A stretch of DNA of 64,000 nucleotides from Octopus sinensis (GCF_006345805.1 NC_043011.1:41924464-41988463); one strand, 5' to 3'. Counted from the stretch's first letter, positions 39,673-54,178 are shown. A program made the numbers and translations. Notes: a model not told the origin generated them from the sequence alone.

Positions 39673-39884
39673 GGAACTGAGACAAACTGTTGTTAAATGC
39701 ATGTAACTTCAACCAAATGTGTTGAGTGCTACTTTCTTTTCTTTGTTCACTCACTCGTGTATGTATGTATGTATGTATGTATGTATGTATGTATGTATGT
39801 ATGTATGTATATCATATATATATGTGTGTGTATATGCATGTGTATGTATGTATATATACACTTCAGATATTTACATTCATATGC

Positions 39885-39979
39885 ATACTTCTGCAACTAT
39901 TCACATCTATATAAACAATTTTTCAATTGTCCCCATCTGTACATATACTTCGATTGTTCACACTTTCATTCATATAAAT

Positions 39980-40014
<35 letters not shown>

Positions 40015-40215
40015 CCTCATTAACTGTTCATATCTATATTCATACCTCTTCAATTGTTCACATCTATATAAACATCTAAAACAGTTCACCTCTATATACA
40101 TATTTCTATAACCATTCATCTATATATGTATATTTCCTCAAATGTTCACATCTATATACATACTTCCTGAACAGTTTACATCTGTATATACATACCTTCT
40201 CAATTGTCTGTATAT
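39885..40215. repeat. Degenerate ~30-bp minisatellite (tgttcacatctatatacata...)
   Basis: Recurrent ttcacatctatata core. Confidence 0.7.
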
Positions 40216-41584
40216 AAGTATAATAGACTATATATGCCTCTATATGAGTACATTAGTGTAGTAACTGTCAAAAATGACAGGGTTTAACTATTTTCATTTC
40301 AGTAATTCTTAACTTTTCTGCTTCAAGCCTTCCTTCATTTTCTTTATGTGTTTCATTTTGTCTTCTTTCAATTATTTTTTATCTTTTTACTTCAGCTTCT
40401 TTTTGTTTCTGTTCATTTTGCAGCAATTCTCTCTAATTCACATCAACCATTGACATCTTGTGATAATAATTACCTTCTTTCTACAATTTAAAACCAAACA
40501 GTCTCTTTATGAGAAATCCTTCTTCTGTTTGACCTGAAATTGCCTGTTGTATATTTGAAAAGTCAGCTCTTCACTTCACTCATGCTGTCATCCCCTCTCT
40601 CATTCTCACTAACATACTTTATTTTTTCCTCCCCTCCTCTCTCTTTCCATCTCTCTCTCTATATGTGTTTATATATATATATAATATATATCTATATATA
40701 TATATATATATTATATATATATATATATATTTATATACACATACAACATAGTTCCCTCTCTTTTTATTTCTACCCTCACTTTAAGTCAGTTTCCCTTCTA
40801 TTTACCTACTCCACTTTTCTAGATGAAAATTTCCTTTCTCACTCTTCCACTTCTCTCAGCACAGCCACTACTTTCCCTTTTCAAATTCCTAAAAGGAAAC
40901 AGTAAAACAGAAGTTAATGAACAAAATAAGTCACTTGACTTTTTGTATAGAAGATAACTCCTCAGGCATTAATATCTATACACATATTTAATCAATATCA
41001 TTATTTCCTACACTTAACATATATACATGCTATAAAGACTCATCTTATACTCCATCTTTCTTTCACACATTTCAGAGGTTTAGCTATTAGTACTTCTTCA
41101 CATTCTGTTGCTGGGTAGGAAAAGACTTCCAGAAAGTTTGTTTTCTGCTCTGACTGGGCATAACAAACTTGCTTTGGTAAAACTAAAGTGAATGCTTGGC
41201 AAGAGGTTATGTGTAAACTGTTCCTTAACAAATTCTAATCAATGATGCCATTAAATTCTCACTCATAAATGACTAGTAGATAGTAACTGACAAAAAGTCA
41301 CAAATTTCAGGACAAACAATTTACATTATATCACTGGTAGTTCTTCATAAATAATATATAAGTGTGTATATATGTGTGTATGTGTGTATATATATATATG
41401 CACCAATACATGTACTATTATATTCACACTTGAAAACTATCATACAACATTGTATATATGTCTATATGAGAGTGTATGTGAAAAATTTGAGATGGGAAAA
41501 ATAACAACATATAGCATGGGTGACAGTATGATCAGGAAATTATAGGAAGACGTTTCAAAACCCAGCAATTCATGTATGTGTTTC

Positions 41585-41619
<35 letters not shown>

Positions 41620-42505
41620 CACACACACACACACACTTTTATATATGTGAATTGTGTATGAGTATGTGTGTATATTATATATGCCTACATACACAGATTT
41701 ATATATACATACACACATACATACATATATATGTGAATAACATAATATAAACAAGCTTTTTATGTTTTATTGCGACCATTTCTGCCAAATTTTCTGAAAT
41801 ATTAATTTTTCTAATTATTTTCATTATGAATTTGGCTGAATTTAACTAAATTCCCTAAATTATTTGAAATCTGGAAAATATATATATTTGTATTTATTTA
41901 GTTATTATTATTAATTTCTTTAATTATTATCATTATCATTTTCATTATCATTATTATTTTGTTGAAAATTTTAATTCATGAGCACTAACAGGTAAAGTAC
42001 CAAATAAAAATAGAAAAAAAAAGAAATACAAATAAATATGTTAACAGAACTTCAAATATGGTAAAACAAAAGCCTGATGGCTGCAACCAGTTAAAGAGAT
42101 AACTGTCAAAATTTTCCAAAATTTCTGTATTTTCTAAACACTTGTCTTTCAAGAAACTTCTGCATGGGTAGTTTAAAAGAAAAAAAAAAGAATGAGCTTA
42201 AAGGAAAAAGAAAAAACAAATGAGTTTAAAAGGAAAAAAATGGAATGAGTTTAGGGGAAAAAGAAAAAAAATGAGTTTAAAAAAGAAAAATTCTTTTGAT
42301 GATTTTTTTCCCCAAAAAATTGAAGAATTATTAAACACCTCCTTCACTTTTCTATCTGCATGAATGTATGTAAAATGTTTTTGAAAAGAATAGCATTTAT
42401 ATGTTTCCATATAGTTTTATATATATATGTATATATACATATATATATATACATACATATACACATATACACACACATATACATATATCAAGATTTGTGT
42501 GTGCT

Positions 42506-42562
<57 letters not shown>

Positions 42563-43559
42563 TCTACCATATACAAAATTTATGTATAAACTTCAGAAAA
42601 TAAATTCCTTGTAATTAAGAGCTGGGTTAATGACAGGTCATTAAACTCCAACAAGTTATTACATTGCAGTAAATCCAAGTGGGACCAGTTGTATTTACAT
42701 AATTGGTTAAACTATCTGTAGAAGCAGCATATTTTGAACAGAAACAGAAAAGCATAACTTTCGCATCTTCTTCATATTATAATTGTATTCAATACCAGTT
42801 TTCTAATTAACACAACAGAACATTCCTGACGACTTAAGTAAACCCAACTTTGAGAGAGCTTTAATTTAATTAATATTATGTATCGTAATTACATAATCAT
42901 GAAATGAATAACGTTTATCCTAAGGAAACAGCTGTTTAGCACACTTAAAATATGTACTACATATGGGATTTATACTTTTCTGTTTTTATCCTACTCATAT
43001 TTACATATATCTGTGTGTCTGTATACATAGAACTATATATGAACATATATGTGTGTATGTATATATATGGTATATATATATCATCTACATAGGTATGTAT
43101 TTGCTTATATATATATATATATATATATATATTCATTTGTAGCTGATGATTTGCTTAATTGCTACTCCAACTTCATTGTGCATCTGTATTCATTCAGACA
43201 AAGCAAAGAATGAATAATTGAACTCTCTTACATATATTGAGTACTTTTTTTTACCCCGTTCATACTCCTGAAAGCACATACACATACAAGTATGTGTGTG
43301 TGTTTACACGTATATACCTAAAAACACATACACACATACATACATTTATGATATACTAATATACAACATTCATGGTACATTTTGTTTGCTATACTCTGTG
43401 ATCATCTTTTTTTTTTAATACATATACCCTGATAGAGGTTTCAGTTCATTAAATTAATATCATGATAATTAACATTTCAATAATCACTCATTATTGAAAA
43501 TATTGTACATAGACTATAATTCATAAATAGAGTCATCAGTGAACACAAAAGGTAAAGGA

Positions 43560-43571
43560 TATATCTATATA

Positions 43572-43641
<70 letters not shown>

Positions 43642-43761
43642 ATATATTATATTATATATATATATGTATATATATGTATGTATATATATATATTATAATA
43701 TATATATATATATATATATATGTGTGTATATACGTATATGTGTATATATGTTGTATATATG

Positions 43762-43814
<53 letters not shown>

Positions 43815-44097
43815 TATATGTACATATATGTGTATATATATGTATATATATGTATATATATATATATATATAATATATATGAATATGAATACATATATGC
43901 ATGTATATAGGGAGAATTTACAGAAACAAAAGACAAAGATAGGTGGTGTAGACAACAAATAGATGTATTAGTTTAACGCTCAGGAAGTGAAAAAGTCTTT
44001 AACATTCCGACCCTACGCTCTTCCGCAGAAGGAAACAAAGAGAGAAAATAAAGAATGTGTAGTGGCTAGCGATCTACCATATATATATACATATGTA

Positions 44098-44129
<32 letters not shown>

Positions 44130-44320
44130 GATATATATATATATATACATACATTTACACACATATGTATATGTATAGATATATATATATATATGTTTAT
44201 ATATATACATATGTATATACATATAAATGTAAGTATATATATGTATATATATATGTATATATATACATATATAAGTATGTATGTAGATATATATATAAAT
44301 ATATAGAAGAAAATGGATAT
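43560..44320. repeat. Compound (TA)n/(TG)n microsatellite field
   Basis: Direct sequence; interrupted by a short unique segment at 43905-44075. Confidence 0.9.
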
Positions 44321-44404
44321 AATAACAATGGGAAACTCATGGTTTTCACCGGTATGTCTTTAAATACATAACAAAGAGGGAAGAAGCAGATGTGTGTATA
44401 TGTA

Positions 44405-44435
<31 letters not shown>

Positions 44436-44455
44436 TAAATATATATATATATGTG

Positions 44456-44501
<46 letters not shown>

Positions 44502-44539
44502 GTATATGTGTGTGTGTGTGTGTGGTGTGTGCATGTATA

Positions 44540-44590
<51 letters not shown>

Positions 44591-45162
44591 TTGTGTGCTG
44601 GTGCATGCGTGTATATATATACACACATATATAATTCTAACGAAAGTAGATCTGGGTTTTACCAACTGTTGATTACACCATGTTTCAAAGTAATATGTTG
44701 TTTTGAAAGGCAGCAAAATGAAACTGAGAGTAAACCACTGTTCAAAACCCAGTATTCCTTCTCCTGTTGTTAGCTCTACATTTAACTGTAGATCATATAT
44801 TGAGTGAGAGGGAACAAAGCTCTTGAATGCAGCTTTTACTAAAAGAGTAAACAGTTCTCAATTTATGCAGAATACTTAAGTAACCCTATTGAGAAATTTC
44901 AGGAGTAGCAAGTACATGTTGAGTTCATATATGCACACTCACATATAGCTATATCTGTATACACATACACACGTATCTATATATGTGTATACACACAAAC
45001 ACGCATTCAATATCATCCTCATTTACTGTCCATTTTTCCATGGTTGTATTGGGCTGACAGAGTTTGTTTATAGACATATATAAAATGTGTTTATTCATAT
45101 ATGTGTGTGTACATTTCCAAGCATATATATGTTTATGTATGTCTATATGAGTATATATACAT

Positions 45163-45199
<37 letters not shown>

Positions 45200-45379
45200 G
45201 CTCATGCACACATACATATATGAACATATATACAGACTTCTATTTATGCTTGTATATATGATTATATATATAATTACATGTGTATATATAATATATATAA
45301 ATATATATATACATATACACACACCACACATATATATATGTGTGTGTGTAATATATATATATATGCATGTATTTATATA

Positions 45380-45424
<45 letters not shown>

Positions 45425-45900
45425 CTAACAACATACATCCATACATTGTAGGTGCCTTTGTTGTTTTTTTCCAGTGGGATTTTAAATAGGTCCGATGCAT
45501 GATATGAGAAATTGTTACTATCCCATGCCACACTACCTGATACATAACTTCTTCACTTCCATATGTCTCATATATTCATGTTACAATTTGTTACAATAAT
45601 TTCATTACACCTCTATAATACAATACTTTCTTTCTTTCATCCAATATTTCCAAACTGTCTTATTGTAATGTTATTCCTTGCTGAAATATTTCCTTGTTGT
45701 TATGACATAAAAGAATGGTGAAGGCGAAAACAATATATAACTATAAATATTAAAAAATATTAAAAAAAACAAAATGATGTGATTATTGACAAGATTTAGA
45801 AAGATGAAATATTTCTGGTTTAATTTTCAATACAAATAAATATCTAAATGAACATGCAAAGATAGGAAAGGAATTTTAAACAAATTATTACATAATACTG

Positions 45901-45954
<54 letters not shown>

Positions 45955-46038
45955 GTATTCTTGATGAAATTTTTCTCAACATTCTTTGATTATATATTTC
46001 TTTATATATGTGTATGTATATGTATATATATATATATA

Positions 46039-46086
<48 letters not shown>

Positions 46087-46689
46087 CACACACACACACG
46101 ATGTATGTATATATATATATGTGTGTGTGTATATACATATTCTACCCGGTTAAAAATGCAAGTCAAAAATCAATTTTGTGATTGGAGAATAAGAGAGAGA
46201 GACACACAGAAGATAAATGTTATATACAAAGCTAGTTTGAAACATTTTTTTGAATATATGTGAATTGTCTTTTGATGATTATGACGATGATGACAATGAT
46301 AACATTGATGACGACTATGGTGACATTGATGATGATGATAACAGAAATAACTATAATGATAAATAATGATGTTGGTGACGATGATGACGATTCTGGATTT
46401 TTTTTTTTTATCATTGTGGTTGTTGTGTTATTTCTGAAATATTTAAATAAATAAAAAGTAAAATACTTTACACTAAAAGAATTTTTAAAAAAACATTAAA
46501 CATTATTCTGGAAACATAAACAATTCATACATTTTTATCTATCCAAATAGAGTGATATGTAGAAATGAATTGATGAATACCTTATACGTACAACAGAATC
46601 GTTGAAGTACATGCAAACATGTATGTACATACATACATACATATATATATATGTATGTATGTATGTATGTATATACGTACAGACATACA

Positions 46690-46755
<66 letters not shown>

Positions 46756-47352
46756 GTGGTATGAAATAACTCATTTTAACAGTGAAACTCAAAGTAGGTA
46801 ATGTGATATATAATAGCATGCTGAATATTGGATTTAAAAAACAAACTATTGGATGGAAAAAATAAAAAATTAAAGGCCACTCATGAGATTTGAACCTACA
46901 TCTCACATAAGATTCAAGTCCCACAGGCAGCCACCGTTCGACTTTTTCCAGAGATTTTTAACCCAATCTTCTGCATAAATTATTTATTTATCTATCTATT
47001 TAGAGTTTCTCAATTGAAAACAGTTTTTTTTATATATGTATACATACACACACAAACACTCACATACATGGCTTATTCTGACTGATCCTGTGGCCTTTTT
47101 TTCTTTTCTTTTTTTTTTTTTGAGATTTAGTGATGTGTTTTTACTGCCCCCATAAAAAAAAATAGACAGGTTCTGGCCAATGATTTCTTGTTTGAGTGAC
47201 AAATAACACATAGACCAAACTCACTCCAGAATGACAGGACACAGGATCAAATCAAATCAAAGAATACACACGACAAAGGTACTGGGTACTTTTACTCATG
47301 TGTGTTGAACCCCAGGGACATATGTACGTGCATGTGTGTATTCAAGTATGTG

Positions 47353-47396
<44 letters not shown>

Positions 47397-48019
47397 TGTA
47401 ATATATATATATATATATGTGTGTTTGTGTGTATGTACATATACACATGTATGTGTATGTATGTATATATATACACATACACACACACACATATACATGT
47501 GTGCAGGTGTATGTATATGTATATATTTATATATATATGTGTGTGTGTATGTATATGTGCATATATATGTGTGTATAGGTGTATATGTATATACAGATAC
47601 ACCCACCCACAGACACAATACCAACAATAAGTTGAGCCTACCAACGGTTTATTGAAAGTATTTCTGTTTTTAATGTCTAAACGTGTGCAAATGGCTGGAA
47701 AGAAACTGTAAATATTGACTATTTTAATCTTTCAAATTGTCTTTCCATAAGTTAGATCTTGTTTCTTCTTGTTTCATTTTTTTATTTTTACTTTTTAAAT
47801 TTATTTATTCCAATTTCCCTTAACAACTAAAAAAACAAAGTCGGGAGGGAGGGTAAAGAAAGAAATAAAAGAGGTTTCAACTATAAATAATTCACTATTT
47901 TCATGTTTCTTACTGCACAGAGTTATTGTCTCCCTTGTCTGTGTAACTCTCTTCTTTCATATTCTTAGGTCTAGCTTGTTTATTTTTTATAAAAATATTC
48001 TGAGACTCATCCTATTTGG

Positions 48020-48500
48020 CTGATATATATATATGTGTGTGTGTGTACATATATATATGGGTATATATATATATACATATATATAGGTATATATATACAT
48101 ATATATATATATATAGGTATATATATAAATATATATATATAGGTATATATATAGGTATATATATATACATATATATAGGTATATATATGCATATATATAG
48201 GCATATACACATATATAGATATATCAATATACATATATATATGTACATATATATACACATATATGCATATGCACACATATATGTATATATATATGTATAC
48301 ATATATATATATATATATATACATATGAATATATATGTATATATACATTTATGTATATATACATATATGTATGGTATATATATACACACACATATATATA
48401 TATAATATATACATATATGTACATATATATACACATATATGCACATGCACACATATATGTATATATATATATATATATGTACACACATATATATGCATAT

Positions 48501-48539
<39 letters not shown>

Positions 48540-48612
48540 TATGTATATATACATTTATATATATATATATGTGCATATATATGTATGTTATATCTGTGTG
48601 TGTATTATATAT

Positions 48613-48666
<54 letters not shown>

Positions 48667-48747
48667 ATTATGAATATATGTATATATATTTATATCTTTA
48701 TGCATATATACATATGCATACATACACAAAAACATTTCTGTATATGC

Positions 48748-48793
<46 letters not shown>

Positions 48794-48900
48794 ATATGTA
48801 CTCACACACAAATATATACGTATGCATGAATGTACACACACATTTATATATGCATATATTTATATATAAATCTGTTTATATCCATTTGTATTGAGATATC
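48020..48900. repeat. Compound (TA)n-derived low-complexity array
   Basis: Includes (tatataggta)n and locally duplicated TA/CA blocks. Confidence 0.9.
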
Positions 48901-49055
48901 TCTGCTTGTATACATATCTATATACATGCATATATACTCTAATGCTAATAAATAAATGAATATTTCTCTATATTTATGTGCATGTACACTCTTTAATTTG
49001 GTGCATCCTAATCAAAGTGCAATGCTCATTAAATAACTACACTGGTCTAAACACG

Positions 49056-49109
49056 TTACGTCAGGAATACATTTCCACAAATATAAAATGGCCGCTTGTT
49101 GCTGTAAGG
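49056..49109 (+). promoter_or_regulatory. Possible promoter or first exon: CRE-like site, TATA/YY1-like motif, ATG and donor
   Basis: TTACGTCA 49056-49063; TATAAAA 49082-49088 overlapping AAAATGGCCGC 49085-49095; ATG GCC GCT TGT TGC T|gtaagg. Confidence 0.35.
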
Positions 49110-49247
49110 TTTTATTTTTAATAATAACCTTCATCATAAGTCCTAAATCTCAAACACAATAACTCCTGGCTGCTGGTATTTATGCAGTGGTGTATATAAG
49201 TTGATTAAGATGTACCTTAGTAATATGTTATATATATACATATATAC

Positions 49248-49319
<72 letters not shown>

Positions 49320-49335
49320 ATTATTATATAGAAGG

Positions 49336-49386
49336 AGCTTCTACAGGACTAGAACTGTTTCATTCAAGAGAAATCATCAGGAAGCT
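49336..49386 (-). ncRNA. Type I hammerhead ribozyme (mirror copy)
   Basis: Exact reverse complement of 49457-49507. Confidence 0.75.
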
Positions 49387-49456
49387 AGTTAACAAGAATT
49401 GTTTTGGCATTTAAACCTGCCTAAATGTATAAATGCCAAAACAATTCTTGTTAACT

Positions 49457-49507
49457 AGCTTCCTGATGATTTCTCTTGAATGAAACAGTTCTAGTCCTGT
49501 AGAAGCT
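49457..49507 (+). ncRNA. Type I hammerhead ribozyme
   Basis: Stem I AGCTTC/GAAGCT; CTGATGA; stem II TTTC-TCTT-GAAT; GAAA; stem III ACAG/CTGT with 8-nt loop; GUA site. Confidence 0.75.
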
Positions 49508-49593
49508 CCTTCTATATAATAAATTAATTTTACTCTGCTATGTATTGAGTACCTTATTTACTGTGGTTAACCCCGAATCAACCCGGGACCTAC

Positions 49594-49646
<53 letters not shown>

Positions 49647-49669
49647 CATACATATATATATACATATAC

Positions 49670-49710
<41 letters not shown>

Positions 49711-49793
49711 TGTGTGTGTATGGAAATTTAATTTATATATATATAATGTATGCATGTATTTATTTATCTATACATTTATATGTATGTGTGTGC

Positions 49794-49836
<43 letters not shown>

Positions 49837-50030
49837 TGTGTGTAATGTGTGCAAATAAATATGTGTATGTGTGTGTATGTATATATATATATACACACAT
49901 ATATATATATATATACATATATATATCATACATATATGTATATATATGTAATTACATGTAGATGCGTGTATGTAAATATGTATATAAAATATGTGTGAGT
50001 ATTGGATATATGGGTGCAGGCATATATATA

Positions 50031-50090
<60 letters not shown>

Positions 50091-50223
50091 GTATATATAT
50101 ATATGTATATATATATATGTATATATATATTTATATATTTATATACACACACACATATACATAAACACACAGACAGACATAATTATATCAAAATACCTGG
50201 AATGATGCATGAAGATTTAATAC

Positions 50224-50281
50224 CTTATTCTCAAAATAAAAGTTCTTTCAAAGAACTCTTGTACAGTCCGCCGTTCTTCAA
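50224..50281 (-). CDS. Candidate 58-nt internal exon ([18 protein letters not shown])
   Basis: Acceptor tacgtctttag, donor AAG|gtatta; CpG-containing open frame. Confidence 0.3.
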
Positions 50282-50401
50282 CTAAAGACGTATAGTTGGT
50301 GCATTTGTCTTTCTTATCTACTTTTTATACCATTTTACATTCTTCTTCTTCTTCTTCTACTTCTTCTATATCTTCCAGTATCTTTTAACATTCTTTCTCA
50401 C

Positions 50402-50458
50402 CTAGAACCTGTGATCACCGGAATTGTCCTGGCACTGCCTCTGAATTGCAGGAGTCTT
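50402..50458 (-). CDS. Candidate 57-nt internal exon (RLLQFRGSARTIPVITGS)
   Basis: Acceptor catcatttaattag, donor TAG|gtgaga; one open frame. Confidence 0.3.
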   Translation of the reverse strand, partial: KTPAIQRQCQDNSGDHRF

Positions 50459-51075
50459 CTAATTAAATGATGGAGGGAGCTACCATGTGCAACGTTATTA
50501 GTTGCTATTCACATGCACACACACACACACATACATACACATATATAAATATATATATTATGTACATATATGTATGTGTGTGTATGTATGTGTAGAAAGA
50601 TGTGTGTGTGTGTGTATCAGACATGCACACACAGACAGCAACACGTGTGTCTATATATGTGTGCATATATGTATACGTATATTATGTCTGTATATTACAT
50701 AAATAAATATATATGCATGTATATATATGTGTGCATATATATATATGTTTATATATGTATACACACACACACGTGTGTGTATGTGTTTTCTTCAACTTAG
50801 TTAAAATTTTAAAGCATCCCTGTTACAGGTTATAATAGACTATTTCCTATAGTACACAAGTACATTCTCACACTAGTACGTTGGTACTCTATTGAATGAA
50901 TAACTGACTTATTAAAACCTTTCTCATACATTATTGTGTCAAAACTGTTTAATCTGATTCCTTCCTTCCGTTTGCACTTTTATTTCTTCAGTTTAATTAA
51001 CATGCTATTAACTATACAGATGAAGTTAAAACCAAAAGATATTTCTATACACATATATATATATTTTCTTTTATT

Positions 51076-51479
51076 CTTTTACTTGTTTCAGTCATTTGAC
51101 TGCGGCCATGCTGGAGCACCAACTTTAGTCAAGCAAATTGACCCCAGGATATATTCTTTGTAAGCCTAGTACTTATCCTATCGGTTCTCATTTGCTGAAC
51201 CACTAAGTTCGGGGAAGTAAACACACCAGCATCGGTTGTCAAGCGATGTTGGGGGTGGGGGGAGGGTACAAGGACATACATACAAACATATACACACACA
51301 TACATATATATATATACATATATACGACGGGCTTCTTTCAGTTTCCGTCTACCAAATCCACTTACAAGGCTTTGGTCGGCCTCGGGCTATAGTAGAAAAC
51401 TCTAGCCCAAGGTGCCATGCTGTGGGACTGCATTCGTAACCATGTGGTTGGTAAGCAAGCTACTTACCACACAGCCACT
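51076..51479 (-). mobile_element. SINE family A
   Basis: Full-length reverse complement copy. Confidence 0.9.
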
Positions 51480-51695
51480 CCTGGAGAAACCTCTCCATTT
51501 TCTAATTATTTGCATTGGTTCCTGATAAGCACTTGTTTATCCTGTTATCTGCAATCTACATGCATGGTGTGCCTGCTGGGGATAATACAGGTAACAGATA
51601 CCGATAGTATGTATGAATATTTTATCCCTTTGTTGGTTACTATAACTTCTTGCTCTATTTGCATTTGATATATATGTGTGTGTGTGTGTGTGTGT

Positions 51696-51993
51696 GAAGA
51701 TGCATGCTTAGTGGTTAAGATGTTGCACTCACAATTGCGAGATCATGGGTTCGATTCACAGACCAGGTGTTGCATTGTGTTCTTGAGCAAAGCACTTCAT
51801 TTCATGTTGCTCTGCAATCATTTCAACATCTAACAGGTAGCACCCATTGCACCTGTACAGGTAGTGTCAATCTGATGGAGGGAGTGAGCTTATGTGTGCA
51901 CAAACATTTGATCACTATGAACAAATCATTCGTGTGATTGTTCAGTAAGAAATTGTGAAACCCTCATACATCGTCTAACGACGGGAGAGTCCA
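51696..51993 (+). mobile_element. tRNA-derived SINE family C
   Basis: gcttagtggttaagatg A box-like, gggttcgattc B box, gtgttcttgagcaaagcacttcatttc body. Confidence 0.8.
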
Positions 51994-52208
51994 TCATATA
52001 TATATGTATACAAATATATATCCTGCAAATTAACTTGGGACTCCATGACAACAATGTAACCTTCATTTAATTAGATATCTTTAGCCTTATGAGTAGCTAG
52101 TGGAATACCCCTCTTTGAATAATTTACTTCTGAGGTTCTGTTAGCTAGGAAACATGTAGCCTGGATTTTACCTGCTCCATTCCCCCAATTTGGAAATGCA
52201 TGTGTATA

Positions 52209-52256
<48 letters not shown>

Positions 52257-52339
52257 TGATGAATCCTTATTAGAAATCACTTTTTCTCTCATTTTTGATC
52301 CCCTAAAAAGTTTGAATTGTTCTTTTTGAAATTACCTTT

Positions 52340-52368
<29 letters not shown>

Positions 52369-52370
<2 letters not shown>

Positions 52371-53006
52371 CATCATCATCATCATCATCATTTAGCGTCC
52401 GTTTTCCATGCTAGCATGGGTTGGACGGTTCTACTGGGGTCTGTGAAGCCAGAAGGCTTCATCAGGCCCAGTCAAATCTGGCAGTGTTTCTACGGCTGGA
52501 TGCCCTTCCTAACGCCAACCACTCCGTGAGTGTAGTGGGTGCTTTTTACGTGCCACCCGCACTGGTGCCAGACAGAGCTGGCAAACGGCCACGAACGGAT
52601 GGTGCTTTTTATGTGCCACCGGCACGAGGGCCAGGCGAGGCTGGCAACGGACACGAAACGGGGCGGTGCTGGCAACGGTCGCGAAACGGAAAGTTCTCTT
52701 ACATGCCACCGGTAACACATCTGCAATTTCCATTGATCGATTTCCATTGATCGATTTCGATTCTGATCCTCACTTGCCTCAATGGGTCTTCACAAGCAGA
52801 GTTTCGACATGCCACCGGCACTGGTAGCACATCCGCAATTTCCATTGATCGATTTCGATTCTGATCCTCACTTGCCTCAACACGTCTTCACAAGTAGAGT
52901 TTTGTGTCCCAAGAAGGGAAGGTATGCATACGTAGGCTGGCTCCATCCCATGTAGAAGGCCACGGGTTGTGGACTCACTTGTCCTGCCGGGTCTTCTCGC
53001 GCACAG

Positions 53007-53010
<4 letters not shown>
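52369..53010 (-). mobile_element. Young RTE LINE 3' end (last ORF2 codons AVREKTRQDK* plus UTR)
   Basis: Near-identical to 10417-10892 over the shared part; (GAT)n tail; (TA)n on both sides. Confidence 0.9.
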
Positions 53011-53061
<51 letters not shown>

Positions 53062-53076
53062 TCACACATACAAACA

Positions 53077-53289
53077 TAGGGTGCAGTAAATAAACTTTTC
53101 ATATGTTAGCTACATAGAAACGCCATCACCACTTGCTTAACTTCACTAGCACCACACCAGTGGCCAACTATAATATAGTTGGTTTTCTGTCCACAGTATA
53201 CATGGCCATTCATGTGACACTAGTGATTTTAAACTGAGTGAAATAGTATTTTCATGTAGCTAATATGAAAGAGTGTTTTATTCATCCTA
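53077..53289. mobile_element. Tc1/mariner-type MITE, old
   Basis: TA-flanked imperfect long inverted repeat: tagggtgcagtaaataaacttttcatatgttagctacat / atgtagctaatatgaaagagtgttttattcatccta. Confidence 0.6.
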
Positions 53290-53293
53290 CATT

Positions 53294-53326
<33 letters not shown>

Positions 53327-53517
53327 GCAGTCAATGTGATAAATGACTTAAACTTTTAGTTCAACATTCTTCTGATGTAGTTGAAATAATATATCCAAAT
53401 ACACTATGGAATTTTTCTAAACAATTTTTTTTTTCTTTGAAATATATTTCCCTGATACCCCCAGCATGACCACAGCTCTCAGGCCGAAACTGGTAGGAAC
53501 ATTAAATTTCACACAAG

Positions 53518-53747
53518 CATCATTTGAGCGTAGTTGATGCCAGTGCCATCTGACTGGCTCCTGTACCAGTGCATGTAAAAAGCACCCACTACACTCTCGG
53601 AGTGGTTGGCATTCGGAAGGGCATCCAGCTGTAGAAATCTTGCCAGATCAGATTGGAGCCTGGTGCAGCCTCCCGGCTTGCCAGTCTTCAGTCAAACCGT
53701 CAAACCCATGCCAGCATGGAAAGCGGACGTTAAACAATGATGATGAT
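53518..53747 (+). mobile_element. RTE 3' UTR fragment
   Basis: gcacccactacactctcggagtggttggc...aggaagggcatcc...aaacaatgatgatgat. Confidence 0.85.
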
Positions 53748-53972
53748 AGAATTAATAAACAAAGAAATAACCATAGAATTTTCCTTACCAAAAAAATATG
53801 GTATTCATTTTCATGCCCAATATTTAATTCATTTTGTTAATATTAAAAACCAGAAAATTAGATATATTCCTTTTCCTTCTCTTTTTTTCTCTGTCTTACT
53901 TAAATTTCTTTGTTACTTTCTTTCCTCTTCTCTTTGTCTTTGTTGTACTCTCTATCTCTCTCTCTTTCTCCT

Positions 53973-54012
<40 letters not shown>

Positions 54013-54100
54013 CATTGTTATTTGAGTCTGTTTTTCTTATGCACTGATCTAATTTTTTACTGTTTTGACATTTAATGTATGATGTTAGGTATACATACAT

Positions 54101-54178
<78 letters not shown>

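Larger units (their letters stand above)
49321..49522. mobile_element. Perfect palindromic element with two inverted hammerheads
   Basis: 93-bp arms 49321-49413 and 49430-49522 with a 16-nt spacer; adjacent to (TA)n. Confidence 0.9.

Noticed and set aside
42820-42860. CTGACGA-CTTAAG-TAAA as a hammerhead
   Set aside because: TAAA replaces GAAA and there are no convincing stems I or III.
43950-44060. Minus-strand CTGCGGA-AGAGC-GTAG-GGTC-GGAATG motif
   Set aside because: May be a decayed ribozyme-like repeat, but the core and stems are too damaged to support a call.
46875-46943. tRNA-Ser-like sequence on the minus strand
   Set aside because: It has a B box and anticodon-like loop but no intact D arm or acceptor stem; at most a SINE head or pseudogene relic.
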